This document shows positions 35,147 through 43,481 of a stretch of 64,000 bases of DNA, piece after piece. The position numbers were made by a program, and so were the translations under genes. Under the pieces are notes generated by a model that saw nothing but the letters and a program-made list of their open reading frames with translations, searched no databases and was not told the origin of the DNA. The stretch comes from Kiritimatiellia bacterium (GTDB lineage Bacteria; Verrucomicrobiota; Kiritimatiellia; RFP12; UBA1067): NCBI GenBank assembly GCA_045600365.1, contig JAZRXT010000156.1, forward strand, positions 3,516-67,515, in the 5' to 3' direction. The stretch's first letter is position 1. Every line of letters begins with the position of its first letter.

Positions 35147-36301
35147 CTAGCGATTTCGAGCGAAAAAGCGATCGGCAATTAGGGCAATCGCCCCATCACC
35201 GGTCACGTTGGCCGCCGGCCCATAACCGTCGAGCGCCATGTAAAAGGTCATCATTACCGAAATCTGCTCCGCATTGAACCCGATGATGGACTCGACGAAC
35301 CCCAGCGACGCCATCAGCACCCCGCTCATCACCCCCGGAGCCGCCACCGCCGCGATGGCGAACATCAGGGTGAAATGCGCGACCGACGCGAAGGAGACGT
35401 CAAGGCCATACACGATCACCACCGCCCAGAGCGACGCCATCATCTTGATCGCACTGCCGACCATGTGCACGTTGGCGCAAAGCGGCACCACGAAGTCGCT
35501 CGTCTCGTCCGAAACGCCGTTCTTGCGGCAACAGTCAAGCGTCACCGGTATCACCGCGGAGGAGGACGCAATCGACAGCCCCGTAAGATACGCCGGGCAC
35601 ATGTTCCACAGCAGGCGGAACGGATTGCGCTTCGTCAGCACACCGGCCACCACGTACAGCAGAACAAGAAACACGACCGACAGCGACCAGCCCGTGCCGA
35701 TGACCTTGAACATGGTTCCTGCCATCGCCTCTATCTTCCCCGACGCCGTCATTTCCGCGATCATCGTCATGATGTACAGCGGCAGCCCAGGGATGATCAC
35801 CTTCATGATCGTGAGCTTGACTATCTCACCCAGCTCCAAGAACCAGCGCTTGACCGCCTCGGCCCCGGTTAAGACACTCCCAACCCCGATCATGAAGGAG
35901 AGCGCCAGCGCCGTCAGTACATCGCACACCGGCGGGATCTTCAGATCGAAGAACGGCTTGAACGTCGTGCCGTTGCCGATCGCCGCCACCGCACCCTTCT
36001 GCACATAGTAAGGCAACAACTCAACCGAACAGCCGAATCCGAAAAATGCCGCCAGACAGGTAGAGACGTAGGACATCGCCATCACCGCCACCAGCATCCT
36101 CCCTGCGCCGCTGCCCGCTTCGGTGATCGCCGGCGTCACCAGTCCCAAGATCAGCATCGGCACAATGAACTTCAGTACCTGCGCGAAGAGCACATTGAAA
36201 GTCTTGAGCAAACGTATGCCGCCGGAGGGCAGAAAATAACCCAATACCACACCCAACAGTATCGCGATCACAATGCGCCAGATAAGCGGAATCCTCTTCA
36301 T
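35147..36301 (-). CDS. Dicarboxylate/amino acid:cation symporter (DAACS family; SstT/GltP-like)
   Basis: It is 384 aa and polytopic, with hairpin-loop motifs typical of the sodium:dicarboxylate symporter family (GVSDETSDFVVPLCANVHMVGSA, NVTGDGAIALIAD). SD AGGAAGG. Confidence 0.85.
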   Translation of the reverse strand: MKRIPLIWRIVIAILLGVVLGYFLPSGGIRLLKTFNVLFAQVLKFIVPMLILGLVTPAITEAGSGAGRMLVAVMAMSYVSTCLAAFFGFGCSVELLPYYVQKGAVAAIGNGTTFKPFFDLKIPPVCDVLTALALSFMIGVGSVLTGAEAVKRWFLELGEIVKLTIMKVIIPGLPLYIMTMIAEMTASGKIEAMAGTMFKVIGTGWSLSVVFLVLLYVVAGVLTKRNPFRLLWNMCPAYLTGLSIASSSAVIPVTLDCCRKNGVSDETSDFVVPLCANVHMVGSAIKMMASLWAVVIVYGLDVSFASVAHFTLMFAIAAVAAPGVMSGVLMASLGFVESIIGFNAEQISVMMTFYMALDGYGPAANVTGDGAIALIADRFFARNR

Positions 36302-36340
36302 GTCGAAAACGCCTTCCTAAGATTGTGGTTGTCCTGCTGG

Positions 36341-38941
36341 TTACAGCGGCTCCATCCTGATTTCGTCCGGGGCGACTACAAGCGCGCGCCGCGTTCCATC
36401 CTTCAGCTCGAACTCCACGGTCTGTGGCTTCGTCGTGGCATTGGCGAAGAAGATCGCACGGCGGCCATCCAGCGATTCATACGCGGCGTGATGAACGACG
36501 GGGCGCTCAACGGAGACCTTGCCACCCTTCTTGACCGCCTCCTCGACAGTAACCGTTCCGCACCACACCCGAGGCGGACGGATCTGCTTGCCGTGCGCAA
36601 GCCAGTCGCGGCCTTCGCCATGGTACATCTTCACCCAGTTGAGCATGAAACGATGGTACCAGCCACGCATGCCAAGCATGACATCCTTGGCCGCGCCGTC
36701 CGCAGCCACCTCCTCGAGCTTCACATCGTCGATCCAGACACGGTTCGCGCCCCCGCCGCAATTGATCATGAAACGGAGCGTAAGGGCATCCTCGTCCGGC
36801 ATGACGAAGGACGACTCCCGACGCACCCATCCTTCGTCCGGCGTCGGGAACGCCATTGCCCCGTGCCACTGGCACCGGGTGAAACCCGGCGAGTAGAGAC
36901 CGAAGTGAACACGCGTCGCCGGCGTCGCCTTCTCGGTCTTCAACCAGGCCGAGAGCCGATAGACGCGTCCTGGCCTGAAATTGTCAAGTGCACATGGGGT
37001 GTTGCGGGCGATCTGATAGACGTTCGTGGCCGCCGAGGTCTCAAACCGCAGCGCATACTTGCCGCCATGCCTCGTCTCGGCATCAATGCCATGTTCGCCG
37101 TCGTGCGCCTCCCATTCCGCGAACCGACGGCCATCGCCCACCAGCCGCTCGAAGTCGCCGTTCGGCATCGCCGGTGTCTCGGCGATGGCATCGTCTCCGC
37201 TCGGCGCGGCAAAGAGCGGGATCTGTCCGTCCACCGCCATGTGCGCATACCAGTGTCGGAGATTCCGCGAATAGATGCACGACTGGAAACACGGCACATA
37301 CTCATGGTAGATGTAGTTGAAGACGCTCGCCCACTCGCCCTTCACGTTACAGTCGCGGTAGTCCTGGAGGCCGATAAGATCGTTATAGACCTCGCACGGC
37401 TCCTCGTAGCATACGACCGCCTCGGATACTGCCTCAAGCATCGTCTCGCGCATCGTCTTCAGCTGTTCGCGAAACACCTCGACCTTCCACGGGCCTTGCC
37501 CCGGCGCGTGCGGATGGTTCGTCGCCCAGCATTCGGGAAACGCTCCGCCAACGATCTGGTCGGCCTGCACGGCCTCGCAACCGCGCTTTGCGAACTCCAG
37601 CGAGACCTCGCGGTTCCACCAGTTGCGTGCCCACGGATCACCACCGCACATCGCAGCGGCATGCCCGCCCTTGAGCCAGCTGGGGATGCGATTGTAGATC
37701 TGTCCGTTGCGCTGCCACACCGCGTGGGGCGCGGCGACGGCGTTGAAGCGCTCACGGGAATCATACGCAAACGAGCCATCCGGGCGCTGGTCGTACATGA
37801 GCGTCCAGTGATAGCCGCTCGGCCAGGGGAGAGCGTGCCCGTCGTTCGCGCGGAAGTCGGCAACGATGGACTTGAACGCCTCGTCAGACGGATAGCACGG
37901 GAAGTAGTCGCTCACCCACGTTCCACCATGCTCGAATCCCCACATCGACGCTATGATCGGCATCTTCGGGAACTCCTTGAGCCAGTAGCCGTGCAGCCAG
38001 CCATGGATCTTCTCGGGCTCGGCGAAGTTCTGCCGATAGAATCTCACCATCGCCGGGGCCTCGCGGATCCACCGCGGCAGATCGTCGCGGAACTTGAGCG
38101 GCGCCTTGCACCAGCGCTGCTTCACCGCCCAGGCCTTGTAGAGATCAGCCGCGTCATGCCAGCTGCACGGCTTTGCCGCCGTTCCCGACAGGGATGCAGT
38201 GACGAAGTCGTATCCGAAGTCCCTGCCGTCGGAATCCCAGCCATGGCGACGAGCGTTGAAGAGAAGGCCGTCCTTGCGGCGTTCGACTCCCAGAGCCTTC
38301 GTGCCACCGATCCCGTCCTCGGAACCAAAGAAGAAGAGCCGGCGGTTGTCGTAGAACGAAACGAACTGCGCGACGAGATTACCGGGCTGGCGGCCGAAGA
38401 ACACCTGCTGCCCGCTGGCAAATCCAGCCGGATTGCGAACTACGCCGCCCTTCGCCGAACCACCCACGACTGCCGTTTCGTCGGGGTCTTTTCCCAGCGA
38501 TGGTGCGAACACCATCCTGGGATAATGCGCCTCCTCCAGCTTCCATCCGGGGGCGGGCGTAACGGCGATGCGCCAGCGCAGCTTGATGTCGCCTGGGGCG
38601 GAGCGCACCGTGCAGACAACCTTGTCGACCACGTCGCCGATCGCACCGTACACGAGCCGGACTCCGTCCGCCGTCTTCTCCACCGTGAAGGTCTTCGCCG
38701 ATGACGACAGGACGGTTGTCGAGTTCGTGAAGCAGTCTGCCCGCGTCAGCTTAAGCAGGAAAAGCGCATCGAGCACACCCGGTGCGGAGAAGTCGTGCCC
38801 GTCCGGCATCACGACGTGCGTCACCGCGCCCTTTGCAGCCTCGTTGAAAGTCACCCGAAGCGAGGCGCTCGAAACCTCGGCCGCCTGCACCACGCCGCCG
38901 ATTCCCGCCGCCACCAACAGTCCGATTCGAAACAACCTCAC
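36341..38941 (-). CDS. Secreted glycoside-hydrolase-like protein with internal CBM4/9/22-like carbohydrate-binding module
   Basis: GTG start with SD GGAAGGAG, and signal MRLFRIGLLVAAGIGGVVQA. A CBM-like stretch reads NGDFERLVGDG...WEAHDG...YALRFETSAATNVYQ...VYRLSAWLKTE. A large W/Y-rich catalytic-like region follows. The family is unassigned. Confidence 0.5.
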   Translation of the reverse strand: MRLFRIGLLVAAGIGGVVQAAEVSSASLRVTFNEAAKGAVTHVVMPDGHDFSAPGVLDALFLLKLTRADCFTNSTTVLSSSAKTFTVEKTADGVRLVYGAIGDVVDKVVCTVRSAPGDIKLRWRIAVTPAPGWKLEEAHYPRMVFAPSLGKDPDETAVVGGSAKGGVVRNPAGFASGQQVFFGRQPGNLVAQFVSFYDNRRLFFFGSEDGIGGTKALGVERRKDGLLFNARRHGWDSDGRDFGYDFVTASLSGTAAKPCSWHDAADLYKAWAVKQRWCKAPLKFRDDLPRWIREAPAMVRFYRQNFAEPEKIHGWLHGYWLKEFPKMPIIASMWGFEHGGTWVSDYFPCYPSDEAFKSIVADFRANDGHALPWPSGYHWTLMYDQRPDGSFAYDSRERFNAVAAPHAVWQRNGQIYNRIPSWLKGGHAAAMCGGDPWARNWWNREVSLEFAKRGCEAVQADQIVGGAFPECWATNHPHAPGQGPWKVEVFREQLKTMRETMLEAVSEAVVCYEEPCEVYNDLIGLQDYRDCNVKGEWASVFNYIYHEYVPCFQSCIYSRNLRHWYAHMAVDGQIPLFAAPSGDDAIAETPAMPNGDFERLVGDGRRFAEWEAHDGEHGIDAETRHGGKYALRFETSAATNVYQIARNTPCALDNFRPGRVYRLSAWLKTEKATPATRVHFGLYSPGFTRCQWHGAMAFPTPDEGWVRRESSFVMPDEDALTLRFMINCGGGANRVWIDDVKLEEVAADGAAKDVMLGMRGWYHRFMLNWVKMYHGEGRDWLAHGKQIRPPRVWCGTVTVEEAVKKGGKVSVERPVVHHAAYESLDGRRAIFFANATTKPQTVEFELKDGTRRALVVAPDEIRMEPL

Positions 38942-38964
38942 TTTACGACTCCTTCCATTTCGCT

Positions 38965-40713
38965 CTAGCGCCAGACCGGCAGATAAAGCACATCCACATT
39001 CGTCCCAATTCCGGGGATCCGCTCAAGGCGGAACAACCGCCATAGAAGCGATATCTTCGAATAGCCATCCTTGCGGCGATCATACGTGAAACCTGGGAAG
39101 ACATCCAGCGATGTGTTGCCGCCCTTGTCCTCCCAGTCCCACAGTCGCCACAGCACGCGGTGGCGCGTGTTGGCGTCGCCGATGAGACGATCGCGATTCC
39201 ATTCATACCGATAGAGATAGGCGAGCAAACTCGCTTCGTCCTCGTCCTGATCGGAGAGCCTTGCCCGCGTCTTCAAGTCAAAGACGACAGTTCGCCTGGC
39301 ATGGTAGTTGAACAGCAGACGATTGCCGCGCTTGCGCGTTTCAGTGAGATGATAGACGCAGTTGGTCGAGATAGAAAGCCGCGGGCCATGGTTCGACCCC
39401 GTCACGGTGTGCCGGAGGTCGTGCAGCAGAACAACCATACTATCCGAAGCAAATAAGCTGGCCCCCCGCAAGATCGTGCTGCTGGTGCCCTCGCGCACAG
39501 TGTTCGTACGCACAGTCACGGCAATGGCGTCAGAAAGCGCTGGCGCATCCAAATACGATAGCCTCTGGTCGAAGTCGGCGTCCTTGCGGTGATCCCAGAC
39601 GGGCAACACCCATCCACCGTTTGTTTTACCGGAGCGGATGCCCACGAGCGGCGTGTAGCAGGTATTCGTCGTACCGCCCTGCACATAGCGCCCGCCCAGT
39701 GGCGTCATCCAGCCGCCATCCCACCAGCCGTACAATGGGAAGACATAGAACGACGTCAGTGTCTCGTTGTTTGTACCCCATCCAATCAGGTAGTGCGCAA
39801 GGTGCGTTTTCGTGCTCGAAGATGGAGTGGACCTCTTCCACCGCGATTCCCAGTCAAACAACGGATACGCCCAGCCGGAGAAAGTTGATTCGCGATCATC
39901 ATCCATTGAACGCCAATGGTACCAGCCACCGAGGCCCAGGAGACATTTCCCGCGTTTCCGGAGCGCATGACTAAGACGAACAGTCGACCCCCATGACAAC
40001 AGTTCCGGCGCCGCCCACCAGGAGTCGCCGTGATCCTCGCCCTGCGCGTATAACGGCGTGACGAACGCCTTCTCGCCCTTGTACCAGAGAGGAAAGACCC
40101 AGTATGAGTCCTTGGTCTGTCCATAGAGCGGCGTGGTGAAGAGACCCGCATTGTCCTCATACCAAAGCGGGAACACCCAGGATGAGCGGTAGCCGCTCTT
40201 GGAACGATGCGCGCCAGCGAGTCCGGCGGCCGTGTGGAAGGTCCAGGCGTCCTCTCGACTGCCATAATACCAGAGTGGGAACAACGTGTTGTAATTCGCG
40301 CCGTTCCAGTACAGCGGGAAGACGGCCTGATAACTGCGGTATTTCCAGTCCCTGCCCCAGAAGAACGGGAAAGCGCGGTAGTCGTCGTGCTTCGTGTCGG
40401 CCTGGACAAGCGGCCACGCAACATTGAACTCATCCCAGGCGCCGCTCTTCCCGTTCTGTTTGTACTGTGAATAGACGGGGCGAAGCGCGAAATGGTCGTT
40501 GGAGAAGGATGTAATCGGCCAGGCGACGGAACCGACAGGATTACGCCAGTACGCGAGAGGCCAGAGGTTGACGCGATCAGAGGCCTCGCCAACATACTCG
40601 ACCGCATTGCCTTCGTAGAACGGCGTCGACTTCATCTCCTTCGTGGCGCAACCAGAGAGAAGACCGCAGGCCAGCACCACAACGGAAACACGATCTGCAT
40701 AGGGCATATCCAT
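38965..40713 (-). CDS. Lipoprotein with ~8 degenerate 'FPLWY' repeats
   Basis: The lipobox is LACGLLSG|C, with start MDMPYAD at 40713 (SD GAAGGAGG). Repeats include VFPLYWNG, LFPLWYYG, VFPLWYEDN, VFPLWYKG, FVTPLYAQG, YVFPLYGWW and WVLPVWDH. Confidence 0.55.
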   Translation of the reverse strand: MDMPYADRVSVVVLACGLLSGCATKEMKSTPFYEGNAVEYVGEASDRVNLWPLAYWRNPVGSVAWPITSFSNDHFALRPVYSQYKQNGKSGAWDEFNVAWPLVQADTKHDDYRAFPFFWGRDWKYRSYQAVFPLYWNGANYNTLFPLWYYGSREDAWTFHTAAGLAGAHRSKSGYRSSWVFPLWYEDNAGLFTTPLYGQTKDSYWVFPLWYKGEKAFVTPLYAQGEDHGDSWWAAPELLSWGSTVRLSHALRKRGKCLLGLGGWYHWRSMDDDRESTFSGWAYPLFDWESRWKRSTPSSSTKTHLAHYLIGWGTNNETLTSFYVFPLYGWWDGGWMTPLGGRYVQGGTTNTCYTPLVGIRSGKTNGGWVLPVWDHRKDADFDQRLSYLDAPALSDAIAVTVRTNTVREGTSSTILRGASLFASDSMVVLLHDLRHTVTGSNHGPRLSISTNCVYHLTETRKRGNRLLFNYHARRTVVFDLKTRARLSDQDEDEASLLAYLYRYEWNRDRLIGDANTRHRVLWRLWDWEDKGGNTSLDVFPGFTYDRRKDGYSKISLLWRLFRLERIPGIGTNVDVLYLPVWR

Positions 40714-40779
40714 CGTCATCCTCCTTCGGTTGCAAACGCCTGATGTCGTGATCCGCCCACGGATTCCGACGCGGGGCCA

Positions 40780-41706
40780 CTATTCCGCCACCATTATCCC
40801 CGAGACGGAACCATAGCGTTCGGGGGCATCGAGGAACCACACGACCTTCCCGTTCTCGTCGAATTCGACCGCCTGCCAACCTTTGTACGAGTCATCGTAG
40901 CCGTGACCAGACCAGTGGGCGAGGTAGACGTGTCCGTTCTTCTGCGGCTGCACCTGCGCGTAGAAGCAACTTTCCTTCCCCTTCGTCGGCGGCAGAAACC
41001 ACTGGCTGCGAACGGTACCGTCGGGGGCGAAACGGACCAAACCGCCGCCGTATCCGCAGCCAGCGACATAGCCGTCGGAAAGCGGATCTGGCACGACGTC
41101 GAAGAGGTTGCGGCCCTTGGGCTGCAGACAGTTCTTCACGATGATCGCCTGTTCACCGGCGGTCGGCAGTTTTATCAGCGAGAAGCCCTTCTCCCACGAA
41201 AGCAGCAGCGTCTCGCCGCCGCGGTCCCACTGGAGCGAACGGGCGTAGTAGCAGCCCTCGGCGCGGTAGGTAGCGATCAGCTCGCGCTTGGCGTTGAAGC
41301 GGCGGAGGAGCACAACCTTCTGGAAGTCCGCCGTGCCGCGCTGGGGATTCACCGAAGCGACGAAGCCGCCGTCCTTAAGATCGCAGACCGCGGTCACCTC
41401 GAACGAGGGCGCCGAAAGCGAGGGGTGCAGAAACTCATCCACGACCTTGCGCAAAGCGAGGTCGATGATCTGGAATCCGCCGCGGCAGACGGTACGGTAC
41501 CGCTTCTCGCCGACCTGCTTGAGATCCCACAGCGGCTTCTTCGCCGGAATCGAGAAGCACGCCTCGGGGGAAGACGAATCATAGTAGTGGAGGCGCGCGC
41601 GCGGCTCGTCCGCCAGCACAAAGGCGCGACGGGGAGTTTGGCTGGAGGAACCACAAAGCCCTCCAGCTACGGCCAGCATAGCGGCAACCGGAATCATCGC
41701 AATCAT
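40780..41706 (-). CDS. Hypothetical secreted protein (beta-propeller-like)
   Basis: Signal MIAMIPVAAMLAVAGGLCG. SD GAGGT. No family was recognised. Confidence 0.5.
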   Translation of the reverse strand: MIAMIPVAAMLAVAGGLCGSSSQTPRRAFVLADEPRARLHYYDSSSPEACFSIPAKKPLWDLKQVGEKRYRTVCRGGFQIIDLALRKVVDEFLHPSLSAPSFEVTAVCDLKDGGFVASVNPQRGTADFQKVVLLRRFNAKRELIATYRAEGCYYARSLQWDRGGETLLLSWEKGFSLIKLPTAGEQAIIVKNCLQPKGRNLFDVVPDPLSDGYVAGCGYGGGLVRFAPDGTVRSQWFLPPTKGKESCFYAQVQPQKNGHVYLAHWSGHGYDDSYKGWQAVEFDENGKVVWFLDAPERYGSVSGIMVAE

Positions 41707-41731
41707 TTCAATACCTCATGTTCGATTGTTT

Positions 41732-41746
41732 TTCCATGACATGGAA
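41732..41746. promoter_or_regulatory. Perfect 15-nt palindrome TTCCATGACATGGAA at +7..+21 of the 41706-gene promoter (candidate operator)
   Basis: A 7+1+7 inverted repeat. A related half-site, TCCATGTCA, sits at the equivalent position (42711-42719) of the 42684-gene promoter. Confidence 0.35.
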
Positions 41747-41759
41747 GCTTTCGTCAATA

Positions 41760-41787
41760 ATTATAACAGAAAAAATTTCCATGTCAA
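41760..41787 (-). promoter_or_regulatory. Consensus sigma70 promoter TTGACA-16-TGtTATAAT for the 40780..41706 gene
   Basis: The minus strand reads ccTTGACAtggaaattttttcTGTTATAATtattgac. Confidence 0.5.
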
Positions 41788-41859
41788 GGGAACGATTAGG
41801 AATGGGCGAATGGGGAATCAGGAATGAGGAGTGGGGGGCCATCTAGCGCTATCGGCTCG

Positions 41860-42375
41860 TCATGCCCTGTGTTGTTCAAGCATGGTATTGACAAAGTTAA
41901 ATGCGTCATCACTCCATCCGCGACACATCATGACAGAACGGGATCCGTTTCTTACGCAAAGGCTCCGTATCGGACCGCCGGCGGATATTTCAGTGTCCCG
42001 GCGAAGGTCAAACGTCCGCGTGGGGCCAAGGCCAAAGAGCTTGAACGAATGGCTGCCACGGCCATATTCGAGACGGATCCGATGCCTTCCAAAAAGCATC
42101 CCAACAATGATGCTCCAGAAAAAAATGGCGCCGGCGACAAATGGGATACCACCAAACAGCATTTCCGGGGTAAGCGGCTTGCCAGCCATGAGCGGCTTTA
42201 CATAGATCTGGCCAACACTCCCCCAGGTCCAGACACACATGAAGGGAATCATGAACAGCAGGACGGGCTGAAACTTCCAGAAGCGGATCTCCATCGCCCC
42301 AGTATCCTCGTCACGATACAGCTCCAGGTGCTTCGGCAGCTCCCGACCGTCCAGCGTCATGTCCATTCTAGTCAT
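41860..42375 (-). CDS. Hypothetical membrane protein (2-3 TM helices)
   Basis: TM segments are FQPVLLFMIPFMCVWTWGSVG and IPFVAGAIFFWSIIVGMLFG. No family was recognised. Confidence 0.45.
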   Translation of the reverse strand: MTRMDMTLDGRELPKHLELYRDEDTGAMEIRFWKFQPVLLFMIPFMCVWTWGSVGQIYVKPLMAGKPLTPEMLFGGIPFVAGAIFFWSIIVGMLFGRHRIRLEYGRGSHSFKLFGLGPTRTFDLRRDTEISAGGPIRSLCVRNGSRSVMMCRGWSDDAFNFVNTMLEQHRA

Positions 42376-42423
42376 GGCATGTACTCTCTCGCCCTCTACA
42401 TTTTCAGTGAACGTCTTGGCCTA

Positions 42424-42684
42424 CTACCTGACGATATCATAGACACGCACGTAGTCGGCCTCAAAGGCGTCACCGGCGGCAACGGCCGCCCGCAGCGTCT
42501 CGCGGAGCTTCGCATCGGGCTGCGCCGTCATCTTCTTGCCTCGGTAGGGATGGCACTCGGTCGTCAGAAGCAGAAACTCTGGGATGTGCAACACCGCCAT
42601 GCCCAGGGCCAGTACCGCCATCCAAGGCAGCACCGTCCTGCTAGGATTCCGTGGCCCTATCGGAAAAGAATAGTTCTTCATCAT
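42424..42684 (-). CDS. Small hypothetical membrane protein (86 aa)
   Basis: SD GAGGAG. One TM helix (LPWMAVLALGMAVLHI). Confidence 0.45.
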   Translation of the reverse strand: MMKNYSFPIGPRNPSRTVLPWMAVLALGMAVLHIPEFLLLTTECHPYRGKKMTAQPDAKLRETLRAAVAAGDAFEADYVRVYDIVR

Positions 42685-42722
42685 CGAATCTCCTCTGTAT
42701 AGCTTTCAAGTGACATGGATAG

Positions 42723-42750
42723 ATTATAGCAAAACCAACCGTTGTGTCAA
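42723..42750 (-). promoter_or_regulatory. Consensus sigma70 promoter TTGACA-16-TGcTATAAT for the 42684 gene
   Basis: The minus strand reads ggTTGACAcaacggttggttttGCTATAATctatccatgtcac. Confidence 0.5.
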
Positions 42751-42770
42751 CCTCTACCTCTCGGGTTCTG

Positions 42771-43430
42771 CTAATCTTGCAGCTGCCTAATGGCCAGCTT
42801 GCGCACGCCCCACTTAACCGCCTCCTCGTGCGTGGGGAACCAGACGTCGATATGCAGGCCCTGCAGCGCGCCGCCCGTGTCCTCGACAGTCCCTTCGCCG
42901 TACCCGGGGATCCTAAGCCGCGTACCGTATGGCAACACCTTCGGATTTGCCGCCACTGTGCCGTGGCATGCCGATTTACCAGTGGCGGTGATACCAACCT
43001 GCTTGGGCTGTCCCTTGAGCTTGCCGCTCGTATACACCGGCGGACCAAAACCAAACCAGCTATTCTCCCACCCACAGCATTTCCCGCAGTTGCAATAGCC
43101 AGTCACAGTGTATACCTTCGCGGGCGGTCGGTTGGTGACTTCGCTTCGAACATTGGACGAAGGCTTGGCGCCCGGCGAGGAGAACAGCGCACAATGTATG
43201 CCGAAGAGCCGGGTACTGTAGTTGTGCCGCGCAAGTTTCCGATCGATCCACCGGCGGTATTCTCGGAAGACGAATTTGAGCGGCAGCGGCGACAGCTTCG
43301 GAATCACCAGGCGCCGCGCAGGCTTTTCACGCGGCGGCACTGGATGACGCCGTACCCCTGTCGCCAAGACGCCGCCGCCATCGGCGGCGGCAAGCGCGAG
43401 GGCGAGGCCGATTGAAAGAAACAGGTTCAC
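42771..43430 (-). CDS. Secreted 3D (Asp-Asp-Asp) domain protein (MltA/YuiC-like double-psi beta-barrel, peptidoglycan-lytic type)
   Basis: The C-terminus reads GTVAANPKVLPYGTRLRIPGYGEGTVEDTGGALQGLHIDVW, which matches the 3D domain consensus (vAvDp.viPlGt.l.ipgyG...a.DtGgaIkG..iDv). The signal peptide is present, with a GTG start. Confidence 0.6.
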   Translation of the reverse strand: MNLFLSIGLALALAAADGGGVLATGVRRHPVPPREKPARRLVIPKLSPLPLKFVFREYRRWIDRKLARHNYSTRLFGIHCALFSSPGAKPSSNVRSEVTNRPPAKVYTVTGYCNCGKCCGWENSWFGFGPPVYTSGKLKGQPKQVGITATGKSACHGTVAANPKVLPYGTRLRIPGYGEGTVEDTGGALQGLHIDVWFPTHEEAVKWGVRKLAIRQLQD

Positions 43431-43481
43431 CTACAGCAGATGGATAGTTTAATGGCCCGCCTTCTCTGGTGCGTGCTGGAA

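Noticed and set aside
36323-38704. 793-aa plus-strand ORF antisense to the GH/CBM gene
   Set aside because: It has the same GC-artefact pattern. The minus-strand gene has a signal peptide, an SD and W/Y-rich catalytic motifs.
41782-41790. TGACATGGA motif upstream of the 41706 gene, as a third copy of the operator half-site
   Set aside because: On the coding strand it is simply the consensus -35 hexamer TTGACA of the promoter. Only the copies downstream of the -10 are counted as operator candidates.
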